Source: Candidatus Gastranaerophilales bacterium (GTDB taxonomy: Bacteria > Cyanobacteriota > Vampirovibrionia > Gastranaerophilales > Gastranaerophilaceae). From it: a DNA stretch of 35,967 bases. Below are positions 7,505-16,331 of this stretch, piece after piece. The notes under the pieces are model-generated. The model ran no database searches. It saw nothing but the letters and a program-made list of their open reading frames with translations, and had not been told where the DNA came from. The stretch's first letter is position 1; each line of letters starts with the position of its first letter. Made by a program: the position numbers and the translations under genes. The stretch covers positions 1 to 35,967 of the forward strand of contig CAJONH010000040.1 in the NCBI GenBank assembly GCA_905235825.1, given 5' to 3'.

Positions 7505-10129
7505 TTATAAAATACTTTTCATTTCAACATTAAGATCATTTTTATTTATGTTGCCTTTTAGTTTTACTCTGAAAGCGCTGATATCTTCTTCTTGATTTTT
7601 TTCAATGTTTGGCACAGATTTTAATTCATTTTTGTATTTATCTTTTGTTTTTTCCGGTCGAAAGAGTATTTTTATTACAAAAGAAAGGGGTACGTGAAAT
7701 ATTTTAATTTTAGATATTTTTTTATTATTATATTTTCCGAATAGGTGTATATCTGCATTTTGATATTCGGTGTCATAATCACCTTTAATTAATAAAGATA
7801 AATATTTTTGAGAAGATGTTATGTGTGCATTTTTTATTTTCCCGTTGTAAGAATCAAATGAACCGTTAATATCGGAAGCGAGTGCTTTCATATTTTTTAC
7901 GTCAATATTTACGGCATCTTGAAGTGTAAAGTTTTTTTTCTTTAATTTTGCATGTTTAAACATAAATTCGGTACTGCCTAATTTTGGCAAATAACCTTGT
8001 TTAATGGTAAAATCGATATGACTTATTTTATCATCTATTCCGTTTTTCGTTTTTGTTTTTAATACAGCATTTGCGGTTCCTTGAATTTGGTCTGTCAAAT
8101 TAAAAAGACCTTCCGCTACTATATTAGAATCAATATTTTTAGCTGAAAATAAAACATCCGAAGTTCTTTTATTAAAGTTATAATTTCCTTTTGCACAGAG
8201 TATTCCTTTTGCATAATCTGCGTGAGGCACATCAAAATTAAAAATATTATCTTTTATGCTGCCTGTAAGCAATATATTTATTATAATCGCATTTTTATAG
8301 TGTAATTTATTAAGTTTTACCTTATATAAATCAATGTCAAAATTATCGCTTTGTGATTTGATTGTTTTTTCATCAAATTTAATCCTGTTTGATGTTTTTT
8401 TATTTTTAGGAATAACTAAATTATCTAAAAATAAATATAAATCATAAATATGAATTTTATTGTTAAAATCATTTAAGCCTGATATATGTGCATTAAAAGG
8501 TGATTTCTTATAATCTCCGTTCACGTTTATGTTAACGATTGAATTATCTGCATTTATCATTGCTTCATGTATTTTATAGTCTTTATATACGGAATTTTTA
8601 ACATTAAAAGTTCCCGTAATTATATTTTTATGAAAATCATATTTTAGATTACCTTTAAAAACACCGCCTTCAAGATATTTATAAAATGATGCCGCAACTG
8701 AAACAGGAGCTTCATTTTCTGTTTTACAGGTAATATATGAAGGTGTAAAGTGCCCGTTTTGTTTTTTAAATAATCCTTTCCCCATTATAATCTTTTGAAT
8801 ATTGTCTTTATCTTTTATTAAATATTCATAATTTGTTATTTCGAGGTTGTCTTCATATTTTATTGTTTTAACTGTTATTTCACGCTCTTTATCTTTTAAG
8901 CCCAAATATGCATCCATATAATATATGTCAGAGTCTTTAGGTATTCTTATCAGGTATGTTATGTCAATTTTTTTATCTTGTATATGCCAATTAACAACAG
9001 TTTCGGTTTTTCCCGTTATTAATGCATTCGGAACATATTTACCAGCCGATTTATTCGTAAGAACGGATTGGACTGTTCCTTTTGTTTCTCTGTGTATTGA
9101 TGATATATTTGAAACCATAAAATCGGCATAGACTTTCTCCCCTCCAAGAATTCCGAAGGCACCTCCTGAAACTTCTTTTCCGTTGAATTTTACGGGAACA
9201 CTTTCAAAAATAATCGGAACATCAAATAATACGGACTTACCCGATAATTTATTTATATTACATTCTCCCGTTATGCCGTTATTTGTAACTCTCAAATCAG
9301 TCTTTAATTTACCTGAATAATCATAAAAGTTTTCCATAAACTTTTTTTCTTTATTATTTAATTTTTGAAAATATAATAAAGAAGCTGCAACATCAGATAT
9401 CGGAATATCTTCACCTCTTAATGTAAAATCATATTTATTTCTTTTATCGGTAAGTTTGCCGTTTATTTTCAAACTTGATACTCCGATTAAAATTTCTAAA
9501 TTATCAGCATATAGTTTATTATTTTCAATATAAATATATCCGTTTCTTCCTGCGTGAATTAAATTTCTGAATAATTTAGAAATTATTTCAGCCTGAAATG
9601 TACATTTTATTTTGCCGTTTTCATGTATAATATACACATTGTCAATATTTATAAACAGACTGTTTATATCTCCCTTATCTATCCAAATTTCCACATTTTT
9701 AACAGATAAAACAGGTAATTTTTCAGGTCTAAATGTCGAGTCTTTTTTATGTTTTGCCGTTTCAGCCGCATTTTTTATGTTCTGTTGATTTAAATATATA
9801 TAATCCGCATCAATTTTTTCTGCTTTTAATTTTTTTAAATCGTAAAACAATGATGCATTTTTTACTTTTAATAACTCATTTTTTTGCGATGTTAAAGTGA
9901 ATTTATCTACGAATATATTTACACAAAGAGAAGGATATGTTTTTACGTTAATATTTTCGGAATTTACGATAATGCCTGTCTTTTTTTCGATAATGGCATC
10001 AACTTTTTTTAAAAATTTCGGTGAACTCAATATTTGAGGCACTACCGTTAAAAATAATATATACAATATTACTGACAATATAAACGAAACAACTGATAAC
10101 TTTATGAGTATGTTTTTTATCTTTTTCAT
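7505..10129 (-). CDS. Large envelope protein with an N-terminal membrane anchor, AsmA/TamB-like (tentative); start moved to MKKIKNIL
   Basis: A single N-terminal TM (ILIKLSVVSFILSVILYILFLTVV) is followed by ~840 aa of beta-rich, N/K/G-rich sequence with recurrent (I/V)NG..K strand-like patterns, as in AsmA-family proteins. The ATG at 10127-10129 sits 1 nt after the dgkA stop. Confidence 0.5.
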   Translation of the reverse strand: MKKIKNILIKLSVVSFILSVILYILFLTVVPQILSSPKFLKKVDAIIEKKTGIIVNSENINVKTYPSLCVNIFVDKFTLTSQKNELLKVKNASLFYDLKKLKAEKIDADYIYLNQQNIKNAAETAKHKKDSTFRPEKLPVLSVKNVEIWIDKGDINSLFINIDNVYIIHENGKIKCTFQAEIISKLFRNLIHAGRNGYIYIENNKLYADNLEILIGVSSLKINGKLTDKRNKYDFTLRGEDIPISDVAASLLYFQKLNNKEKKFMENFYDYSGKLKTDLRVTNNGITGECNINKLSGKSVLFDVPIIFESVPVKFNGKEVSGGAFGILGGEKVYADFMVSNISSIHRETKGTVQSVLTNKSAGKYVPNALITGKTETVVNWHIQDKKIDITYLIRIPKDSDIYYMDAYLGLKDKEREITVKTIKYEDNLEITNYEYLIKDKDNIQKIIMGKGLFKKQNGHFTPSYITCKTENEAPVSVAASFYKYLEGGVFKGNLKYDFHKNIITGTFNVKNSVYKDYKIHEAMINADNSIVNINVNGDYKKSPFNAHISGLNDFNNKIHIYDLYLFLDNLVIPKNKKTSNRIKFDEKTIKSQSDNFDIDLYKVKLNKLHYKNAIIINILLTGSIKDNIFNFDVPHADYAKGILCAKGNYNFNKRTSDVLFSAKNIDSNIVAEGLFNLTDQIQGTANAVLKTKTKNGIDDKISHIDFTIKQGYLPKLGSTEFMFKHAKLKKKNFTLQDAVNIDVKNMKALASDINGSFDSYNGKIKNAHITSSQKYLSLLIKGDYDTEYQNADIHLFGKYNNKKISKIKIFHVPLSFVIKILFRPEKTKDKYKNELKSVPNIEKNQEEDISAFRVKLKGNINKNDLNVEMKSIL

Positions 10130-10130
10130 T

Positions 10131-10529
10131 TTATGCCGCACCAATAAATGCATCAGGATGTAATTTTAAAATATAACTTCCGAACAATATTGCTCCGAGT
10201 ATAAAACTTATAATGCAGGATAATAAAACCATGCCTGCAGATATATCTTTTGCCATTTCTACCAGTCTTGAATAATTATTTTTATAAACGGCATCCAAAG
10301 TAAATTCAATAACTGAATTTAATAATTCACAAATAAGTACCATCGAAGACATTATGATTAAAATACATATATCCGTAACCGTAAATTTTAGAATAAACCC
10401 TGAAATTACAACACATAGGGATATTATAATTTCAATTACAAAATTTCTTTGAGAAAAAAATGCAAGTTTTAGTCCGTGGATTGCATTTGTAAGACTCTGT
10501 ATAACTCCCTCTGACTTAAATTTGGTCAT
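10131..10529 (-). CDS. dgkA: Diacylglycerol / undecaprenol kinase (DgkA family)
   Basis: 132 aa with 3 TM segments. ELLNSVIEFTLDAV and AKDISAGMVLL match the DgkA signatures. It has an ATGA-type 4-nt overlap with ybeY. Confidence 0.8.
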   Translation of the reverse strand: MTKFKSEGVIQSLTNAIHGLKLAFFSQRNFVIEIIISLCVVISGFILKFTVTDICILIIMSSMVLICELLNSVIEFTLDAVYKNNYSRLVEMAKDISAGMVLLSCIISFILGAILFGSYILKLHPDAFIGAA

Positions 10530-11026
10530 AACACTATTGCCTTTGCTCTGTTTTGATGTTCAACCATAAAATTATAATCCTCCTGAGTTTGATGATCGAA
10601 CCCCAGAAGATGTAGTATTCCGTGTGAAATTATATAATACAATTCATCTCTAAAAGATACATTATTTTCATCAGCCTGAGTTTCTATTTTATCGAGCGAT
10701 ACAATAATTTCGCCAAGATTAATCTCGCCGTCTAAAATATAGCGTTCATTTTCGGGAGAATCGGCAAAAATAGCAAAAGTTATAACATCTGTTGGTTTAT
10801 CTTTATTTCTGTATTCGTTGTTAATATTTTGAATTTCTTCATTATTAACAAATACTATATCAAATGATACTGTTTTATATGTATATTCCGCTAAACAAGA
10901 CTTAGACAGTAAATTTGCATCATCAAATATAAAATCAGCAATTTTTATTACGTCATTATATACTGATACTTCATCAATTTCATAATTTTGATAAGTGTTT
11001 TCAATAAAGATATTAAGTTTTGTCAT
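10526..11026 (-). CDS. ybeY: rRNA maturation endoribonuclease YbeY
   Basis: Carries the zinc-binding motif HGILHLLGFDH. 166 aa. It occupies the conserved position between pgpH and dgkA. Confidence 0.9.
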   Translation of the reverse strand: MTKLNIFIENTYQNYEIDEVSVYNDVIKIADFIFDDANLLSKSCLAEYTYKTVSFDIVFVNNEEIQNINNEYRNKDKPTDVITFAIFADSPENERYILDGEINLGEIIVSLDKIETQADENNVSFRDELYYIISHGILHLLGFDHQTQEDYNFMVEHQNRAKAIVL

Positions 11027-13145
11027 CCTGTTCCTGTTTCAATTTTTCTGTTTCTTTATTTTTAATATCTTCAATCGTTTCCTGATATTTAATACGTTTA
11101 TGGAATACGCTTCTTAGAACCCTTGATAAAGTTGCAGCAATAATTTTTATATCCTTTAGCGTTAAAGGACTTTCATCCAGCTGATTATCGTTTAATATGT
11201 CTTTAATAATTTTATTTATTAAGGCATCAAGTTCTTCCTGTGTATGATCTTTTAGAGTTCTTGATGCAGCTTCAACAGCATCGGCAATCATAAGGATAGC
11301 TGTTTCTTTTGAATTCGGTTTCGGGCCTGTATATCGGAATTGTTCTTCCTGAACATTTGCCGCACCTTCCTGTGCTACAGCCTGATTATAAAAGTAACTT
11401 GTAAGAGAATCTCCGTGGTGACGGGCAATAAACTCCTGTATAGCTTCCGGAATATGATATTCTTTTGCTAAAGCTACACCGTCTTTTGTGTGAGATGTAA
11501 TAACCATTTTGCTTGAACGGGGTGTTAACTTATCATGCGGATTTTCTATTCCTGTATAAGTTTGATTTTCTACGAAAAATAAAGGACGAACCATTTTTCC
11601 TACATCGTGGTATAAAGCCCCGACTCTTGCCAGTATAGGATCGGCTCCGATTGCTTCTGCCGCTGTTTCAGCTAAATTTGAAACTCTCAAACTGTGTTCA
11701 AATGTACCCGGAGCCGTTTCGTGCAATCGTCTTAATAAAGGCTGATTATAATCGCCCAGTTCGGCTAAACCGAAGGCTGTAATAACTTTAAATGTATTTT
11801 CAATAACAGGAATCATGCCGAGTGCAAATATCCCCGAAATTATACCGTTTACGACACCGGCTGTAATATCCTTACTCAACCTGTCGAAACCTAAGTCGTA
11901 GTATACGCATAAGATAACAACAGCCATTGCTATTGATGTATATGCACCTACTTTGATTAATCCAAATCTTCTTGAGTATCTTACACCGTTCATACCAACA
12001 ATAGATATCACAACAGATAACAAAAATACGGACATGGCTAATGCCGAAAATTGCAGAGATAACGTAATTATGGCAAGTATTGTAACCGTAATGAAGAATG
12101 AACTTCTCGGATTAAGAAAGACAGACAGCATTATTGAAAAGAACGGAATCGGAAGTGCAAATACCGACCATTTATCGGGCAAAAGCACCGACATCAATGC
12201 AATTAAAATGCATAATGATGCAACTATCGAAAGGTGCCGCCTGTTTAAAAGTTTTGGTTCAAAAAATTTCAAGTAAAATATAACAGAAAATATTCCAATT
12301 CCTACAAGACATAATATACATAATATTCCGGCATAATTTATTCTCAGAATATTATATCCCGAACTTAAAAGAGCTTCTCTTTTAACCTGAGTAATTAATT
12401 CGCCTTCATTAACTATAACCTGACCTTTTTTAAATGATATCATTACAGGCTTTACTTTATCTCTTTCATTCTTTTTTGCAAGTTCCGTTGCTTCTTCATC
12501 AACTATCATGTTTGAAATTATTACATTTTCCAATAGAGCTGCTATAACTTCAGCGTGACTGTTTGATATAGAAACATCAATATTTTTCCTTATGATTTTT
12601 GCAATGCCGTTTGTATTGTCTTCAAAGTCTTTTTCTGTAATACCTTCATCCAATATGGATTTTAAAGTTTTTTGTGCCAAATGGAAAACTTTTTTTATTT
12701 CTTCTTCATTTGCCGTTGTAATAAATGAAAATATAACAGGATTTGATAAAAAGTCGGATATTTCAACGAATGTATCATCTATATCTTTATTTCTATTTTT
12801 ATCATCTTTAATTTCATGTCTTTTTTTGTTTAATGTTTTTAAAATTTCATTTAAGTTATTTTTTATATATATATCGTCTGCCAAAATATACACGGGAGAA
12901 ACATTATTTGCCGCATCTCTTTTGCATTTCTCTGTTTTAACAGAATCTGTTACTTTTATGTCCTTCGTTGCCGTAAATGTGCTTTTACTCGTATAATCAT
13001 CATTTATAATTGATTGGAAAAAGAAATATTTTGAAACTAATATGCCCGTAAGTATAATTGCAAATAAAAAAATAAAACCGATATTTGCCAAAACTTTCGG
13101 AGATTTTAATTCCTGTATTTTATTAATTATATCAGCTTTTTTCAT
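11013..13145 (-). CDS. pgpH: 7TM-HD membrane phosphohydrolase (PgpH/YqfF family, putative cyclic-di-AMP phosphodiesterase)
   Basis: An extracellular N-domain is followed by 7 TM segments and a C-terminal HD domain (FEHSLRVSNL...LYHDVGK...HHGDS). 710 aa. It overlaps ybeY by 14 nt. Confidence 0.8.
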   Translation of the reverse strand: MKKADIINKIQELKSPKVLANIGFIFLFAIILTGILVSKYFFFQSIINDDYTSKSTFTATKDIKVTDSVKTEKCKRDAANNVSPVYILADDIYIKNNLNEILKTLNKKRHEIKDDKNRNKDIDDTFVEISDFLSNPVIFSFITTANEEEIKKVFHLAQKTLKSILDEGITEKDFEDNTNGIAKIIRKNIDVSISNSHAEVIAALLENVIISNMIVDEEATELAKKNERDKVKPVMISFKKGQVIVNEGELITQVKREALLSSGYNILRINYAGILCILCLVGIGIFSVIFYLKFFEPKLLNRRHLSIVASLCILIALMSVLLPDKWSVFALPIPFFSIMLSVFLNPRSSFFITVTILAIITLSLQFSALAMSVFLLSVVISIVGMNGVRYSRRFGLIKVGAYTSIAMAVVILCVYYDLGFDRLSKDITAGVVNGIISGIFALGMIPVIENTFKVITAFGLAELGDYNQPLLRRLHETAPGTFEHSLRVSNLAETAAEAIGADPILARVGALYHDVGKMVRPLFFVENQTYTGIENPHDKLTPRSSKMVITSHTKDGVALAKEYHIPEAIQEFIARHHGDSLTSYFYNQAVAQEGAANVQEEQFRYTGPKPNSKETAILMIADAVEAASRTLKDHTQEELDALINKIIKDILNDNQLDESPLTLKDIKIIAATLSRVLRSVFHKRIKYQETIEDIKNKETEKLKQEQDDKT

Positions 13146-13247
13146 GATACCCCTAGTCTTATAAATTATTTATCCTTCTATTTTACAACAACTCACAATT
13201 TTTGCAATGTTATAACATTTTACTTAATTAGTGTGGATATTTACTGG

Positions 13248-13469
13248 AGTGTGTTCACACTATCAATAGTGTTCCAATGAAGTAAATACAAATAAACGGC
13301 CCCTTGACGAAAATATTTAAAAATTCTTAGTGAAACAACAGCAAGTCGTCGTCTGTCTGAGTGAAGCGAGTTAAGACGACTTAGGTTGAACTTAGAATTT
13401 TAATATTAGAGGAAGCAGGGCAGTGTTTTGTATTTATTTCGACAAGATATGAATAGTGTGTTCACACTC
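13248..13469 (+). ncRNA. Candidate structured ncRNA: a ~222-nt extended imperfect hairpin (possibly 6S-like; strand tentative)
   Basis: Nested complementary segments run as follows. 13248-13264 pairs with 13453-13469 (15/17). TAAATACAAA 13283-13292 pairs with TTTGTATTTA 13427-13436. GCCC 13299-13302 pairs with GGGC 13418-13421. AAAATTCTTAG 13320-13330 pairs with CTTAGAATTTT 13391-13401. CAAC 13336-13339 pairs with GTTG 13385-13388. AAGTCGTC 13343-13350 pairs with GACGACTT 13375-13382. Local G+C is ~48% over 13341-13390 by hand count. No ORF is present. Confidence 0.4.
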
Positions 13470-13534
13470 TAAATAATAAAATTGAAAATAAAAAAATATT
13501 ACTTAATTTTCCCGAATTAGTATGGGACTTGCAC

Positions 13535-13542
13535 TGTATAAT
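13535..13542 (+). promoter_or_regulatory. Putative -10 element (TG-TATAAT) for the glycan-modification operon
   Basis: A perfect TATAAT at 13537-13542 is immediately preceded by TG, 38 nt upstream of the ATG at 13580. No good -35 element is present. Confidence 0.35.
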
Positions 13543-13579
13543 TCTTTAAAGTAAAATAGTTTCGGGAATAATAGTAATT

Positions 13580-14731
13580 ATGATTTCTGATAATATTTCA
13601 AAAAAGTTTATTTCTGAAGCTGAAAAAATATATGTTACTCAGCCGCTTTTACCTGAGTTAAAGGATGTTTTTTCCGAAATTGCCGATATTTGGCAATCGA
13701 AATGGATAACAAATATGGGAGTAAAACATAATGAGCTTGAAATTGTTCTTAAAAATATTTTAAAAGTTCCTTATGGTTCACTTTTTAACAATGGTACTAT
13801 CGCTCTGTTAACGGCAGTTAAAGCAATGGACTTTCATTCAGGTGGTGAAATTATTACTACGCCTTTTACTTTCGCTGCTACTCCGCACTGTATTTCTTGG
13901 AATGGTCTTAAACCTGTATTTTGTGATATAGAACCTGATACACTAACAATTGATGCCGATAAAATAGAAGACTATATTACACCTAATACGGTTGCTATTT
14001 TAGGGGTTCATGTTTATGGTTTTCCCTGTAATGTCGAAAAAATTGACAGAATAGCAAAAAAATACAATTTAAAAGTTATTTACGACGGGGCACACGCTTT
14101 TTCTACAGAAATAAACGGAAAAGGAATTGGTACTTATGGCGACATTACGATGTTCTCTTTTCATGCAACAAAGTTGTTTAATACGCTTGAAGGCGGTTAT
14201 TTATCCTATAATTCACCGGAACTTGTAAAAAAAATTTATAATCTTAGAAATTTCGGCATCCAAAATGAAGAATTGGTTGAAGACATCGGAATTAATGGTA
14301 AAATGAATGAAATTCAAGCCGCAATCGGTCTTTTGAATTTAAAATTATATAAAAAAGAACAGGAAAAACGTAAAAAAGTTAAAGCTCTCTATGATGAAAA
14401 TTTATTTGGAATAAAAGGTATAAGAATACCTAAAATGCCTGATAATACAACTAATTCTTATCAATATTATCCGATAATAATTGAAAATGATTATCCTTTA
14501 ACTCGTAATGAAATTTATGATAATTTCAAAAAAATGAATATTTATACAAGAAAATATTTTTATCCTGCTTGTCATGACTATGAATGTTATAAGAACGATT
14601 TATCTGTTAAACTTGCTAATCTTAAAGTAGTTAATGATATTAAACATAAAGTCTTGTGTCTGCCCTATTATGGAGATTTAGAAACAGAAAATATTATTAA
14701 AATTTGCAAGGTTCTAAAAAATGCAAGATGA
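13580..14731 (+). CDS. DegT/DnrJ/EryC1/StrS family PLP-dependent sugar aminotransferase
   Basis: YGFPCN...VIYDGAHAF...GDITMFSFHATKLFNTLEGG carries the PLP-lysine motif of the family. 383 aa. Confidence 0.85.
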   Translation: MISDNISKKFISEAEKIYVTQPLLPELKDVFSEIADIWQSKWITNMGVKHNELEIVLKNILKVPYGSLFNNGTIALLTAVKAMDFHSGGEIITTPFTFAATPHCISWNGLKPVFCDIEPDTLTIDADKIEDYITPNTVAILGVHVYGFPCNVEKIDRIAKKYNLKVIYDGAHAFSTEINGKGIGTYGDITMFSFHATKLFNTLEGGYLSYNSPELVKKIYNLRNFGIQNEELVEDIGINGKMNEIQAAIGLLNLKLYKKEQEKRKKVKALYDENLFGIKGIRIPKMPDNTTNSYQYYPIIIENDYPLTRNEIYDNFKKMNIYTRKYFYPACHDYECYKNDLSVKLANLKVVNDIKHKVLCLPYYGDLETENIIKICKVLKNAR

Positions 14732-16292
14732 GCTTTTAACTGTAATACTAATTACCTATAATCATAGAAAATATTTCAGAAAATGTATAGATAGTGCACT
14801 TTCGCAAAAAACTAATTTTAAGTTTAAGATAGAAGTATATGACGATGCATCAACTGACGGCACTTCAGATATAGTTAGAGAATATGCCCGGAAATATCCC
14901 GATAAAGTTATTGCAAATATAAACGAAAAAAATAAAGGCAGTGCAGAAAATATTCTCCAATCACTTAAAAATTTAAATACGAAATATTTTGCATTGTGTG
15001 AATCGGATGATTATTGGTGCGATGATACAAAATTGCAAAAACAAATTGATGCCTTAGAAAAAAATCCTGATTGTTCATTCTCAGGACACAATACAAAGCA
15101 GTATAATTGTTCAGATGGTACTTATTCACCACCCTTTTTCAATATAAAAACAAAAAAAATTAAACTAAGTAAAAATTTTAAATGGAAAGACTTTATTAAA
15201 GTTCATATATCATCAAGAGTATGCAGGACTGATTGTCTTGATTTAAACAATTTAAAAAACAAGTTAATAGCAACCTGGGATTCAACAGCCTTTTGGTATT
15301 TTCTGACAAAAGGAAATTTGTATTATATTGATGAAGTAATGAGCATATATAATTATACAGAAGAAGGTATTTATTCGGGAGCCTCCGAAACCAAAAAGAA
15401 AAAAATGGGATTGGACAATGTAATTGCGATAAACAAAGAGCTTGATTATGAATACAATTTCATATTTCTTGATTTATTTAAACGGTATATTAAACTTTCT
15501 CTTTTTGATTACATAAAAGCTAAATATTTTTTGAATAAAAGAGAACTCGATAATTTCTATACGGAAAAAAGTGCAAATTTAATAAATTCCAAACAAAAAA
15601 TAAAAAAGGAGAAATCTATGAGAATACAATTTGTACAGGATATTATTAATATATTGAGAGGGAAAAAGAAAATAAAACTGCTTGAAAAATCAGATTTAAA
15701 AGTTAAATATAAAAACATAAAAGATATTATAAAGAATAACAAAGTTTTAAAACTTCATCTCGGCTGCGGCAGACAATACAAAGAAGGCTGGATAAATATA
15801 GATGATAATGTTTTGAAAAATATAAAAATACTTGACTATAAATGCAACATACTAAAAGGGCTTCCATTTGAAGATAACAGTGTAGATTACATATATCACG
15901 AACATTTAATGGAACATTTAACTGTTGAGCAAGGTTTAAATTTTACAAAGGAATGCATGAGAGTTCTGAAAAAAGGCGGAGTATTAAGAATAGCCATGCC
16001 CGATTTGGAGTGGTGTGTAAAAGCATATTTAAATCAAAATTGGAAAGAAGATGATAAAGAATTTTTACGAAAATTTGAGTTGGATTTTGTAAAAACAAGA
16101 GCGGAAAGATTGAATCTTGATTTCAGATGCGGTCATGAATGGCTTTATGATAAAGAAGAACTGGATAGACGTTTAAAAGAAGCCGGTTGTGAGAATATAG
16201 TTTATTGTGAAAATCGCAAAAGTTCTCACTCTGAACTTTGCAATCTGGAAACAAGAGATGAATCAATATTAATTGCAGAGGTTACTAAATGA
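14721..16292 (+). CDS. Bifunctional family-2 glycosyltransferase / class I SAM-dependent methyltransferase fusion
   Basis: The N-terminal part matches GT2 (LTVILITYNHRKYFRKCIDSALSQ...VYDDASTDGTSDIV...ESDDYW). The C-terminal part matches a methyltransferase (LHLGCGRQYKEGWINIDD...LPFEDNSVDYIYHEHLMEHL...VLKKGGVLRIAMPD). It overlaps the upstream gene by 11 nt. Confidence 0.8.
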   Translation: MQDELLTVILITYNHRKYFRKCIDSALSQKTNFKFKIEVYDDASTDGTSDIVREYARKYPDKVIANINEKNKGSAENILQSLKNLNTKYFALCESDDYWCDDTKLQKQIDALEKNPDCSFSGHNTKQYNCSDGTYSPPFFNIKTKKIKLSKNFKWKDFIKVHISSRVCRTDCLDLNNLKNKLIATWDSTAFWYFLTKGNLYYIDEVMSIYNYTEEGIYSGASETKKKKMGLDNVIAINKELDYEYNFIFLDLFKRYIKLSLFDYIKAKYFLNKRELDNFYTEKSANLINSKQKIKKEKSMRIQFVQDIINILRGKKKIKLLEKSDLKVKYKNIKDIIKNNKVLKLHLGCGRQYKEGWINIDDNVLKNIKILDYKCNILKGLPFEDNSVDYIYHEHLMEHLTVEQGLNFTKECMRVLKKGGVLRIAMPDLEWCVKAYLNQNWKEDDKEFLRKFELDFVKTRAERLNLDFRCGHEWLYDKEELDRRLKEAGCENIVYCENRKSSHSELCNLETRDESILIAEVTK

Positions 16293-16331
16293 AACTTGCA
16301 AAAATGAAGCCGTATTTGAAAGAAAATTTGA

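Noticed and set aside
13405-13425. GAGGAAGCAGGGCAG resembles the SRP RNA helix-8 3' strand (GGAAGCAGCC) and loosely the RNase P P4 motif (GAGGAAAGUCC)
   Set aside because: No GNRA tetraloop or complementary 5' strand lies immediately upstream, as helix 8 requires. The element is too short and lacks the other RNase P conserved regions.
13248-13469. Retron msr/msd, or a transposon-end interpretation of the inverted repeats
   Set aside because: No reverse transcriptase, transposase or integrase gene lies adjacent or anywhere in the window. No target-site duplication flanks the 17-nt terminal repeats. A MITE remains possible only if more copies exist elsewhere in the genome (kept as an alternative in the finding).
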